Of a stretch of DNA of 64,000 bases, positions 1-13,280 are shown in pieces (the first letter of the stretch is position 1; every line of letters starts with the position of its first letter). The stretch comes from the human T2T-CHM13v2.0 reference genome, Homo sapiens, in assembly GCF_009914755.1 (NCBI RefSeq), contig NC_060937.1; one strand, given 5' to 3'. The translations under genes were made by a program, and so were the position numbers. The notes beneath the pieces are model-generated. The model did not search any database and had not been told where the DNA came from. It saw only the letters and a list, made by a program, of their open reading frames with translations.

Positions 1-650
1 ACTGTGGAGGTTTTCCTGTACCACATGGGGAGAGGGAGCTCTATTTTCAGATCCAGGGGAATCTGTAGAATCCTTTGGTACTGATTTTGGTTTTGGTGAC
101 GTTGACCGTCCTCTCAAAGGTTCTGTGAGGGGCATTTTCTTCTTGCGGAGGGTATCTGGATCAAGTGTGTAAGAGTCTGATTTAGAACGTTCCCGAGGAG
201 GATCAAGCTTTGTCTTAACAGGAGCAGTACTTTTTTGAGGTAGATTTTTATCATGTGGTGAGGAGGAGCGTGGAGAACTAGCACCCGATGGGCTAGACCT
301 ATTGGCTGGGAGAGTCTTTGGCTTAGGAGATGACAACCGAGAACCTGGTCCTGGGGATTCAGCTCTGGAGCTAGAAGGCATCCTCCCATCAGATTTCAAT
401 GTCTGCAAGGTGTTATGGTTGGGGGATAATGACCTACTGTGGGAATCTGACCTCAACTTTGCAGCATCAGATTTTAAGATGAGGGATTCACTAGCAGATA
501 AACTTTCTGTGCCCCTTGGCTTCTTCTGATCAGCAGTAGTCCGGCTCATACGTCCATCAGGTTTAAGCGATCTGCTGTGTTTAGAGGACAGCTCTGATTT
601 TCCTGATGTAGAGGCTGGTTTAGAAGATGTTGAGATGTTTCCTCGATCAC
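1..650 (-). CDS. MYCBP2: MYCBP2 large Ser/Pro-rich exon (continues past the window edge), (G)DRGNISTSSKPASTSGKSEL...RSKSDSYTLDPD...SPHVVQENLHS
   Basis: catacag|GTGATCGA acceptor at 651/650; 650 nt open in the phase-1 frame; matches the recalled MYCBP2 sequence. Confidence 0.97.
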
Positions 651-3600
651 CTGTATGGTCCATTTTACAGTGAAACTTATTAATAAAATTATAACTTACT
701 GATAATTTAGCCACTAAACACTGAAATAAAAAAACATAGCTACAAAATTTATATTGTTTGTCATACATACTAAAATACTTGAAGAATAAAGGAAAGAAGG
801 GGGAAATATTTCTAATAAAATTTCTACACATCATTACACAACATTACCACCAAAAACTATTTTCATGGACGCAAAACAACAGGTTGAACAAATCCAGTGT
901 GAACTATCAGTGATATCTCAACCTCTGCCCTAGTGCAATAACTAGTTAGAATTTAAATTCAGTGAGGGACTAGAAAGAGACAGAAATTAATCTTTTGGGG
1001 AATAAGAAATTATTTAATGTGAAAACTTGTATTTTAAATGTAGAGTAGAGCTAAATTTCCAGCAGAGTGATACCTCGCATCCTTAGGGCAACGGTATGGG
1101 TTTTGTTGAATTAGAGAACTGAATTTATGCATAGACACAATTATAATTTTTAAGTGTATGCATACAATTAGGCTAACAAAGAGTTGCTTAAGAGGCACTC
1201 TGTTTTATGATCAGATTAGACTAGTTTACAATGAGCACATGAATGCCCTGAAGCTGTTATTTAATTATTTATAAACAGGTTACACTCCAAAAGTTCAGGA
1301 AGCTTAGCTGCTTAGAACTCAGAGCCTGTGTTCCCTTGGAAACCACAGAAACGGTGGATCCTCAGAATGAGTGGTAAAAGTCTGAACTGTGGACCCTCAA
1401 AACAAGGAGTCAGGAGAATGACAGAAAAACAGGATGAAAAGAAGAATCACCTCCCTTTTCTAAGGCAAAGCATTAGATGTTTCTGCATGGACATTAATTG
1501 TTTTTAGCACCCTGCCTTCATTCAGTGTCTCTCCTTCATTCTATTTTATGCTTTTCTTTGAGGCATTAGAGCCAGGCTGTCTGTGACCCAAGTAAATGGT
1601 ACAAACTTCAACATCACCTTTCCTCCTTAAAATAAAAACTTCTACTCTTAGTGCAAGTGATACCAGTTAGTTGTTAGGAGAAAAGCAATCTGACTGAAGG
1701 GTTTCAAGTGGTATAAAAAACTGAAAATCCATAAACCTATCTGGAAGTATTTATATTTTTTCAAAGACAGTTCCTAGGAAATTAAGGTAGATTTGTTAAC
1801 TGGCTATAACTGCATGTTATTATTTTTTAAAAGAAAAAAGGATGTGAACAAATTCAGATGATGTAGGAAAATGTTTTTTATGCTTCCGTGCATGTGTTAA
1901 GTGTGTATAGTCACGCTCTATTTCTCTATGGCTCAGGACAGTAGTGCTGGAGAATCTGCCCCAGTCTTTGTCAAGGGCAGGTATTTTTGTCTGTTACTCT
2001 TCACTGATGTAATACCAAGAATGAATCCAGGAATACAGTAGGTATTCAATAAATATGTGTTGAATGAGTAATATATTCCAATTTTCTTGATTTTTTTCTT
2101 CTGCTACTCCCAAGTATTCAGCTTCTCCAGAAGTCTACTTTTTACAATTAAGGCTCCCAAGGCCACAGGACAGAGGTGACATTAGTTATTGATGTGCAAG
2201 GGTTAGATGCTTGCAAACTGAGTAATTACATGGTGAAATAATAGAGTATGGCAAGTACTTTATACAGGGCACACTGATGAACTAAATGTTTAATTGCAAC
2301 ATGCCAATATTTAAGATAATTTTTCCTGTTCTTTGGATGAATAAAAGTAACTAAAACATAATGCTTTTTAGTTTCTTGCAAAGCTTCATTATTCAATCAT
2401 TAACCTCCTTTATCATATTATGTGCTCTGTTTTATAAATACAGTATTAACAGATGGGGCTAAGTTTTGAAAAAAGGGTTAAAAAAATCCCAATTTAGAAT
2501 TCTAACTATCAATGCTGTCTTGGGAGAGCACAGATAAACAGATGTGATCTATGAATAAGTACCCTTAAACTGTTCAAAAGTAGTTCAAAAAATTGCTACC
2601 CATCTAATCTTACTGACCTAGTAACAGCATATGGCAAATTTGGTAAACAAATTATATTTGGTAGATTAAATCAGTAGTCATGGCCATTAATTTTGAGTAT
2701 GTGATGTTTGGAATACTTGTTTTTTGTTATTAATCTGACAGCTGGAGACATGTTTATCACCTTTATCATCACATTTATTTCAGAAACTGAACCACACATA
2801 ATGGGAATCTAGACAAACAATTAGTAAGTCTTTTATATTTGGTATCCCTTTCTCCAAAAAATCCATCTGTAAACTGAAAGAGGTTTTCTCTCTAATTTAT
2901 AAAAAAGGACAACTTGTGTAGGATTTCTAACAAATAGGAAGGGTTCGTGACAAAGATTACCTACTCCCTGTGTCAGATGTGTCTTAGTGGTTGACCTGCA
3001 CAACAGCTGCATGCAAAGGAATGGTGAATACCTGCTGATGCTACCTCTATTCTAGGAATGCATATGAACTTACAATGGTAGGTTATTTACTCATCATGAA
3101 AACAACCTCTGTGGTTGCCTGAAAAATGGAATCTGCCAAATACCAGGAACACCACTTGTCATATGTGAGCAAAAAAGTTTATTACATAGTGTTAGAAAGA
3201 ATAGGCATTTGTATATCTTATTATATCTCTAATAGTGGTGAATATTTTCTTAAGATCTGTAAGTGGTGACAGCTAAATACCTGTTGAAGTTTAGGCATAC
3301 AAATAATGGCAGAAATATTTCTTTTTCAGATGTATTTCTCAAATGATAACTAAATCTTTTTGAAAAATTTATTTTTCCAAAACGTATTTTATATATTAAA
3401 AAAAACTATGCTTGTTAAGTGGGGTAAGCCCCTGTGCTAATTTATGTTTATCTGCTTCATTTGTGTTTCAAATGTTTTGCAGCATGTTATTAAATATTAC
3501 TAAAAATTGTATGTTGTGGCTGCTCAAAATACCAACAAATATAAACAGTTTGCTAAAAATCTTCAGACTATACGTAATACTTTCACATTCATCTCCTAAT

Positions 3601-4845
3601 TTATTTAATGACTGTACTTTTACATTTAAATGATAATATGCAAACATTTTTCTAACTTTAAAGGAAACCTGAAGAAATAATAATGACAGGATAGAAACTT
3701 AGGGCAAGCAAGTTAAATGTTACTAAACATGTTAAATGGTAAGCATTCATTCACTAAATGACCCATACATTTTTTCATGCCCAAATCTTAAATTATCAGG
3801 ATCATACTATATCATAATACTATATGCATATATCACATGGCATGATATATAGCATATATCAGGTTACATGATACTATATGCTATTACACACAATACTATA
3901 TACTATATAGCACAGGTTGTACAATACTATTTAGTATATTTTTATATTTCCTATTTATATGTTTATACTGTCAATTGTATAATGAGAAACATATAGCTGT
4001 TTTATCTATTTCTAAGAAAAAAAGAAAATCAGTAATTAGTTGAAAAACTTATACAATATGTTAGGCATTGCTGTAAAAGTTCTTTTTGATAAAATTTTAT
4101 TTAAATACAAGATTTTAAAAGATTTACAAGATTTAAATTTAATTAAATAATACTTTAAGACAAAATATTTAAGTAGGCATCTGTAGTGTTTCAAAAAACC
4201 AAAAACATATTTTTAAATTGTCTGAAATTTTGTCAATTGTCAATAGTTTAAACATTTCTAAGTTTAAAATATTAAAACTTAGTCACTAGGAAAACAATAT
4301 TAGAAAAATTTATGCCAGATAGGACAGGTAGGTTTACATATAAATATAAATAGACACATGAGTCCTAATAACTAATTTAAACTTAAAAACTTTAAGTTCA
4401 TTATCAGTGTTTCTCATAAAAGACTAAAATAGTAAAATGATTTTTATATTATATAACAATAAGTTTAAGACTAAAAAATGTGCTTTATGCCTTGCACATA
4501 TATCATCTTTTTCTGATAAAAATGATTTCAAAAATTCCCCCAATTAGGTAATTCTTTCCTTATACCTATTTTAATTTTAATGATCTCATAAAGTTTTAAA
4601 ATTAAGTAAGAGTAATGTTTAACCTATAGATGTAATAAACATGCATAGCTACTGGGATAATCTATATTATAATACTGAATAGGAGCATCATAAATTACTC
4701 AAACATATATAAATGTAAATAAAATGATAAACTTTAATTAAAAAAATGGAATGGCATGAACATGACTGAGACGAACGGAAACATCTTTAATGACACTCCT
4801 TATGTTCATTAAGAATGGCCCATCCATGAATGCATGTATACCCAC

Positions 4846-4947
4846 CCTTCAGTTTGTGAGACAGAGATGAGAGAGCAGAGGCAGGCCCAGCTACACCATA
4901 ATTTTTGTAAATGCGCTCACGAGAAGCAAGGTTGCGAGATGGAGATT
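4846..4947 (-). CDS. MYCBP2: MYCBP2 alternative cassette exon, 102 nt, (E/K)SPSRNLASRERIYKNYGVAGPASALSSLSHKLK(G)
   Basis: ttttccactgtag|AA acceptor, AGG|gtgggt donor, open frame (ORF track 4787..4969), symmetric phase 1, GC-richer island in AT-rich intron. Confidence 0.82.
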
Positions 4948-5939
4948 CTACAGTGGAAAACATTGGCAAAGAAGCAGCACAGATTCAATGGAAAAAAAAT
5001 TTAGCAGAGAACACAAGCAAAAACAAAGCATTTCAAATGGTATGCAAGTATAAACTGTTATTTTAAATAGTTTATATTCTGCTATATTTTTGAACAAGTT
5101 TACATTTCTCTAAAACTGAAAACAAAGGTCGAATTAATTAATTTAGATTAATATGTGTTAAGGTCCAAATTTGTTAACTTAAAACTTAGTAAGGCTTATA
5201 TCTCTGATAAATCAAAATTGAGCATTTCATTTTAGACTTACATTTCTTTGGCTCAGTTTTCTTTAATTTGGTGTTCATTTAAATAAAGATTTACAAGTTT
5301 TTTTTTAATAGTGGAAGATAAAGAAATGTTACTTATATTACTTATATTACTCATGGCTTAACCTATTGTCACTTGGTTTCCTGAATGAACCGATTACTAT
5401 AATTTTCCAGTATGTATCTCAGAATGGACTCGGGGTGACACTGTGTTTGGCTACTTTTCTGGGTCCATCTTCAGTGAAAACGTTAGTACTAACCCCAGTA
5501 TTTAGTGTTTGTTTTGTAGATCCTACTTCTGATATCAAATCTCATTTACACAACGTGTCACAACACAAACAAAGCAAAGAAAATTTATAAGTTATTGAAA
5601 AAATGTTAGGAACGTCAATGATTTACTATGCAGGAAAATGAAGCACTTAATTTATCTTTTTTTGAAGAATTAACAGAACCTTTAAATTGCAGTCTTTTAA
5701 AAGCAGTAAGCTAAAAAACATCTCTATCTGAATTTAAAAAAACTCACTGTATTTAAAGTTTTTAACTCATAGCAATTAAAATTAATCGGTTGTGCTGAAA
5801 TAAATTCAGGTAGTAAGGAGATAGTTGTCTTAGTATTATTGAAATAAACTAGACATAACACACACTTTTCTTAAAAAAAGTGCTGTTTTCGGCTGATTCA
5901 TTATTATGATCAAGATTAATGATGAATGACCCATAAATT

Positions 5940-6480
5940 AAGAAATCATTCAATGTAAAGTATGAGTATATATTACGTGTTAGATACTGTTCTATGCATT
6001 GCAGACACAGTGGTGAACAGGAACAAAGTCCCTATTCTCACAGAGTTTATATTTAGGAGAAAGGAGAGAGGGAATGAACAAATAAGTATACATCACATCA
6101 GGTGCTGAGAAACTTGGGAGTCATATGCCTACAGATGTGTCATTCTCCATGACTGCAGAATACCACTTTGGGAGTGACGCCTAGAAGAGGCCAAAGCCCT
6201 AGGACATTTCTAGATGACCAAATAGATGAGGATGTAGAAAGGAGACTAGAATTCAGCAGCCAGTAAGGCAGGAAATATCCGGCAGGCAAATGAATGTGTT
6301 TCTAGGAAGAAAGACCAACTCTGTCAAATACTGCTGACAGATTAAGTAAAACTGACACCTTAGAACCGACAACTGAATTTGGCAACACAAAAGTCACAGA
6401 CTGACTACAGCAGTTTCCGAGGATAGGGACTAAAGCTGGAATGCAGTGGGCTCAAGAGACAATGGGAGGAGTAGATAGCA
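5940..6480 (-). mobile_element. L2 LINE fragment
   Basis: L2 3'-end-like text (cattcaat...gatactgttctatgcattgcagacacagtggtgaac...aaagtccct) and later degenerate L2 blocks; boundaries approximate. Confidence 0.6.
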
Positions 6481-8341
6481 ACATACCATGGCATAAAGCC
6501 ATCTTAATCTAAGTTTTAAAAAGTTAAATTTTTAATATTTTTGTACATCCTTCATTTTGAACAAATCTATAAACCTCAAAAGATGTCAGGTGCTGCAAAA
6601 GGAGCTCTTATGCTATTTAAGTGTCATATAATAAGGAGTTTGCAGCTATTGTTAAAATATCAGTTAGGAGGGTGATACAATTCTTCAAGACACGAACTAG
6701 AACGGTGGCAGCCTCTGAATGGAAGAGTTAATTCAGGGGGAATCCAACCTGCCAATATAGGAAGGAATACAATCTCCTGGCCTGGCTGCTAAAAATCTGT
6801 GAAGACTCCACATAGCAGGAAGACACAGGAATAGGAAATCAGAAGAATACCATCTTAATTGGAAGCACACATAAAACAGAAATGTGAAAAACTATGAGGA
6901 AACTTATAAGATGTTAGAGGTTTAAGGACAAACTCCTGGAAAAAAGTTTGAAGGCAAAATGGCCTTCAAGTCTTTTCAATATATTACAAAGGCTAGAGAG
7001 ACTTGATTCCTAGGTATGATTCAGAGTGAAAAAAAGAAATATTTTTAAAAACAAAAGTCTAAAAAAGGTTAAGTGACTAAAGAAATTAAGCTGTTGCTGA
7101 AAACAACACATGTTCTACACATTAAATTTTTACAAAATCTGCTCAAGTTTAAACATACTTTCATAAAGTTATAGTTAATTTTTATAAAGATTTATACTTT
7201 TTAATTTAAAAAAGGGAAGCAATCTATGAGATACATTGATATCTATACACAAAAGAAAAAAAGTTGATAGATGTTTTAAAAATCAATTGACAGAAATAAT
7301 AATGCTTTTACAAAATCCTGTTAATACAGATAAGACAACCAGTTATTATATTCCTCTCCACAAAATTTTGATTCTTTTTTGGGTATCACTAAGTTTAAGA
7401 GAATAATATTAAAAACAATTTTAAAGAATCAGGATTTTTCTCCAGTGCTCATTTGAAGTTAATATTGTTTGCTTACTATAGTTTGCCCTCATAAACAACA
7501 TGGTTCTTTATGGGTCATTTTGTTTTCTTTGTTTTGGATCCCAAGTATTAAATTCCCTGAGTCATATCATTTCCTAGTCACAGAAACTTTGAGTTCATTT
7601 TAAGTTGTACTTTTTAAGTCTTCTCTAAGTACTGATGATAATAATAAAACCGTGTAACTTTTCTTTCCAATAAGGAACGCATTCTCATTTCAGTTTAACA
7701 AAGACAAATGGTGGTTTTGCTGTATCAGGACCCTGACCTTATCTCTGGAACCACAAACTAGAAGAATCAAGGCACCTGTCAACACCTGGTGGCAGTACAC
7801 AAATCTGGAGGTTTTGGGATTTTAAAAGTAGCATATATTATTTTTGAGTGTTGAGTCAACAACTAAGCAATGATTGGAAATGTTAAATTTCATGAGTAAA
7901 AATTAGTAATACATTATTTTTTAAAAGGATAATTTTTAGCATTAAATTCAGTTTGGTGTTCAATTTGTTGATTTCTTACTATGTTCTATAATCAAGCTGT
8001 GACATTCAATAACAATTTGCTAAATTATTGGCAGGCAATGTTCAAAGAATTGTAAACAGGCTATTCAGAAGGACAATATACTGGAAATACATTATATTCA
8101 GGAGGCTAGGCGTCTAATCACAATGCATATATCACTGTCACCAATACTCAGAGCAGGTGAGATAATACAGATAAAAAAAATTTTTTTCAAAGACATTCCA
8201 CTGGGATGCTACAAATGAAGACAGCAAAAAGAATCTTTGGCATGTAATTGTGCTTCTCATGTTGTTTAGTTCTCAATCTTGAGGAGGTAGTGGAGCCGTC
8301 AGAAATTTTATAGTCTTAGTAAAACTACTAGATACAATCTT

Positions 8342-8537
8342 TTTCTTCTCTTTAAGTTCCTTTTTTTTCTTTCCAATTTTTTTCTTTCCAACTTTTATTT
8401 TAGGTTCAAGGGGGACATGTGTAGGTTTGTTACATGGGTAAACTGTGTGTCATGGGGGTTTGGTGTAAACATAATTTTGTCACCCAGGTAATCAAGCATT
8501 ACCTGACAGTTCTTCAATCTTCATCCTCCTCCCACCT
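8342..8537 (-). mobile_element. 5'-truncated L1PA (old, L1PA15/16-like) 3' end with poly(T) tail
   Basis: caacttttattttaggttcaaggggg...gtttgttacatgggtaaa; TSD tagat(a/g)caatctt at 8329-8341 and 8538-8550. Confidence 0.85.
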
Positions 8538-9091
8538 TAGATGCAATCTTAACTAAGATATTGGCAAGAGCTTGAGGAGGTTTTATAAATAAGTCTTGTG
8601 ACAATGGTCAAATAGCACTGTATTCTGTTCATGCTATACATACCTACGTTTATGTATTTATATATATTTCTTTAGATATAAGAAAATCTAATTCTATAGA
8701 TCTGTCACAAACAATAAGATTTTGCCACATTTATGGTAGAATGATGGGAACAGTGTTGCTGACTTTCCTCAGCTTAAGTCCCAGTCATTGTGCATTTCTA
8801 TTTTTCTCTGAATAGAACTTCAGATATTTTTGACAGCAATAGGCTCCTACAAGAAACAGTAAATAGGTCTAACTTTATAGTTGAGGATATTTGAGAAATT
8901 AATTTTTAAATTATTTATTTAAAACATATTTAGAAACTAGTTTATTGATTCTTATAGACAATATATAAATTATGCCTTCAACTTGGCCAAAAGATGTGAT
9001 TAATCAAACAATATGCAGATTTAAAAACAGGCATAATTAAGTGTGATTTTACTTCTATTAATGCTTCATAGGATTTTTCAGAAAGTGACAG

Positions 9092-9411
9092 GACTAGGCA
9101 CAGTGGCTCAAGTCCGTTATCCTAGCACTTTGGTAGGCCAAGGCAATCAAATTGCTTGAGCCCAGGAGTTTGAGACCAGCTTAGGCAACATGGTGAAACC
9201 CCATTTCCACAAAAAAATACAAAAATTAGGCAGGTGTGGGGACACTCGCCTCCAGTCCTCACTACTCAGGAGGCAGAGGTGGGAGGATCACTAGAGCCTG
9301 GGAGAGGGAGGTTGCAGTGAGCCTAGATTGCACCACTGTACTCCAGTGTGGGCGACAGAGTGAAATTGTCTCAAAAAAATAAATAAATACATAAAATTAA
9401 AAAAATAAAAT
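9092..9411 (+). mobile_element. Alu (J-type)
   Basis: Dimeric Alu with A-tail; TSD aaagt(g/a)acag. Confidence 0.92.
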
Positions 9412-10305
9412 AAAGTAACAGTGATGATTTGTATATACTCTTAGCTATGGCAGCCATTCTTGACTGACAGCTTTAGATGCAGTATCACTGCATAATCAAT
9501 ACATCTAATATTCTTCTTTGTAGTAAACTTAGGAGGAATATGGAATTATGTGAATGGTAAAGCAGCTTAGGACGTGGAACAGAAACTAAGATTTATTTAC
9601 ATAAATGTTGGTATACTAAAAGAATTAGACTAAAGATTTGTTTATATAACTGTATTTATGTAAGACTTATTTACATAAATGTTAGTATACTAAAAGAATC
9701 ATGCTAATAGAATGAAAGAACAACATTTTAAACTTAAGGATAAAATAGAAACAAGCTTTTTACTAGACTATGACATTAATCCACATGATCTGAATGTGGA
9801 AAGAAGATGGGACACATAAAGTGGATTCCCCCCAAAATATACTGTTTCTCTAAATGACATCTACACATAATTGAACTTGAAGAAAACATACTCATAGCAT
9901 ATTATTGAATATATTCCAAATCTCTAGTAAATATGGTTAAGGAAAATAACACTTAGGAAAAGCGTATCATTTCAGGGTTTGTGATGGCTGAGACAAAAAT
10001 TCTGAGCATAATTTGATGGGTATATATCTTAGGCCTTAGAAAGAATAACTTCAAAATATAAGAGACAGGTATTGCTTCCCGAGCATTAACTTGAGACACA
10101 AGAAGGTTGGATATGCTTTTAAAAGTAAAAATCTTACTCCCACAAGTTGCTTATTAGTTGCAAGGGAAAAATATTAATTATACATCAGAGAAATCAGACA
10201 TTTTGATAAAGTGATTAGCATTAACCATAACCCTTTCCTGCCTCCAGAAGTGACATCCTGAGAAAGAGACAACGCTTACGCAGCACAAAGACAGCTAAAA
10301 CCTAA

Positions 10306-10629
<324 letters not shown>

Positions 10630-10801
10630 AGGATAAGATACTTTTAAAGTACTATTTGGAGAAAGAAGGAGAAAGCAGGTACCAGCAACTCACTGCCTCA
10701 AAATGGGAATACGTGTTAATTAGGGAAAGTAGGGAAACTGTTCCATTGTTTCCTTTATTCTTATGTGGCAGGTAGAGGACGGTTTCCTTAGTTCTCTAAC
10801 A

Positions 10802-11126
10802 CAATGGTCCCCTAACTTTCTGGGACCAGGGACTGGTTTCTTGGGAGACAATTTTTCCATATGATGGGGGGTTGGGGAAATAGTCTCAAGATGGAACTGC
10901 TCCACCTCAGATCATCAGGCATTAGATTCTCATGAGGAGCTCTCAACCTAGATCCCTTGCATGCACAGTTCATACTAGGGTTTGCACTCTTATGAGAATC
11001 TAATGCCGCAGCTGATCTGACAGGAAGTAGAGCTGAGACAGTAATGCTCTCCTCCTGCTGTACAGCTGGGTTCCTAACAGGCCTTGGACCAGTATTGGTC
11101 TGTGGCCTGGGGGTTGGACATCCCTG
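10802..11126 (-). mobile_element. MER1B hAT-Charlie MITE
   Basis: MER1B motifs (gcattagattctcat, atgagaatctaatgcc, cagatcatcagg); exact 8-bp TSD ctctaaca (10794-10801 and 11127-11134). Confidence 0.9.
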
Positions 11127-11342
11127 CTCTAACAAACACTGAGAAATACAGACAATCAGAACAGCCTTGTGATATTGTTAATTACCGGCCTGGCAAAAGT
11201 TCATCAGGGATGTGGTTGAGGGATTTAAACTATAAAATAGCAAGGCTGGACTAGATAACCTCTTGTCTTTCTCACTTCTTGCAGTCTATGTAAGATAACT
11301 GAGATGCAGTTGGAAAAAACCACTGGAATGAGTTAGCAGACT

Positions 11343-12442
11343 TGTTGCGGAAAGTCAGAGATCCTGAATGGAGGGACTGGCTGGAACCGTGGCAGAGGAA
11401 CATAAATTGTGAAGATTTCATGGACATTTATCAGTTCCCCAAATTAATACTTTTATAATTTCTTACACCTGTTTTTACTGCAATCTCTGAACATAAATTG
11501 TGAAGATTTCATGGACATTTATCAGTTCCCAAATAATACTCTTACAGTTTCTTATGCCTGTCTTTACTTTAATCTCTTAATCCTGTTATCTTTGTAAGCT
11601 GAGAATGTACGTCACCTCAGGACCATTATTGTACAAATTGATTGTAAAACATGTGTGTTTGAACAACATGAAATCAGTGCACCTTGAAAATGAACAGAAC
11701 AACAGCGATTTTCAAGGAACAAGGGAAGACAACCATAAGGTCTGACTGCCTGCGGGGTTAGGCAGAATAGAGCCACATTTTTCTTCTTACAGAGAGCCTA
11801 TAAACAGATGTGCAAGTAGGAGAGATATCACTAAATTCTTCTCCTAGCAAGGAATATTAAATATTAAGACCCTAAGAAAAGAATTGCATTCCTGGGGGGA
11901 GGTCTATAAACGGCTGCTCTGGGAGTGTCTGTCTTATTCGGTTGAGATAAGGACTGAAATACGCCCTGGTCTCCTGCAGTACCCTCAGGCTCAGAAGGCG
12001 GGGAAAAAACCCCACCCTGGTGAAATTGAGGTCAGATCGGTTCTCTGCTCTTGAACCCTGTTTTCTGTTAAGATGTTTATCAAGACAATACGTGCACAGC
12101 TGAACATAGACCCTCATCAGTAATTTTAATTTTGCCCTCTGCCTTGTGATCTTTGCTTTGCCCTTTGCCTTGTGATCTTTTTGCCCTTTAAGGCATGTGA
12201 TCTTTGTGACCTACTCCCTGTTCTTGCATCCCCTCCCTTTTTGATAAAAACCTGCTTAATAAAAACCTGCTGGTTTTGTGGCTCAGAGGACATCACGGTC
12301 CTACCAATATGTGATGTCACCGCCAGAGGCCCAGCTGTAAAATTCCTCTTTGTACTCTTTCTCTTTTTTTCTCAGACTGGCCAATGCTTAGGGAAAATAG
12401 AAAGAACCTACGTTGAAATATTGGGGGCGGGTTCCCCCAATA
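11343..12442 (+). mobile_element. MER11 (HERV-K11/HML-8) solo LTR, 1100 bp
   Basis: Begins tgttgcgg-aagtcag, ends gttcccccaata; 6-bp TSD cagact; TATA-like ctataaa about 11905; AATAAA about 12258; internal about 91-bp duplication. Confidence 0.92.
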
Positions 12443-13073
12443 CAGACTCTCATGTTCAAGTCCTAGATTTGCCAGCTATGACTTTGGGCAAGTCAGCAAG
12501 AATTCTCTCATCTCAAAATGAGAGCTGGATAACTTCTTAGGCCCCTAGAACACTTGAAATTATGCCATCATAAGACATAACGGCTGCTGCTGATGCACAC
12601 TTCTTAAATAAACCAAAGGAGGAAAGACAATCTGATGATAAGGATGAGAAGTCTGATTACAAAAAATGAACGTTTTGTTCAGCTTAAGTAATGAGATATA
12701 CTACAGGTACAGAAGTTTGAGAGAATAACAAAGTGGGAGATATAGCAGACCTAATCCTTCCTAAATTGAGTGCAAAATCATGAGAATGCTTTAATAATAT
12801 TTTTTAATAAAATGTAATATATGAATAATTTTCTATTTTCAACTTGTCAGTCAACAATGCCATCTTTAATTATGAGAATGCTAAATATATTTCTCAATTT
12901 CAAGTTATATTATAGCCAACTGGAGCTAAGTCATCCAACCGAACTCATTTTTCCTTAAAAGGTGGTTTTGTGTTTTATTCTTGGTACTAGATAAGATATT
13001 ACCTTTCAAAACAGAGCATAAAAGTAGATGTCATTTGAGACTGGCTCCTAACTTTAATCAGCATGTCACTTCC

Positions 13074-13280
13074 TTTTTTTTTTTTTTTTTAAGAGGCAGG
13101 GTCTTGCTCTTTTCGCCCAGGCTGCTCACTGCAGCCTCAAACTCCTGGGCTCAAGGAATCCTCCTGCTTCAGCCTCCCAAGTAGCCAGGAATATAGGTGC
13201 AGCCCTCAATGCTTGGCTAATTTTTTTTTTTTTTCTTTTAAGTAGAGACAGGGTCTCGCTTTGTTGTCCAGACTGGTCCT
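13074..13280 (-). mobile_element. Partial Alu (J-type, internal deletion, 5'-truncated)
   Basis: Poly(T), right monomer, linker and part of the left monomer. Confidence 0.85.

Noticed and set aside
114-529. ORF-track entries 114..389 (-) and 302..529 (+)
   Set aside because: Alternative-frame or antisense shadows of the real MYCBP2 exon; no independent start or splice context
9587-9699. 39-bp direct repeat separated by about 35 nt (CRISPR-like spacing)
   Set aside because: Only two imperfect copies in a primate intron, no cas genes; ordinary local duplication
10720-11135. 107-aa and 61-aa ORFs
   Set aside because: Read through the non-coding MER1B MITE
11399-11540. Repeat-spacer-repeat pattern (aacataaattgtgaagatttcatggacatttatcagttccc x2)
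   Set aside because: Intrinsic U3 duplication of the MER11 LTR
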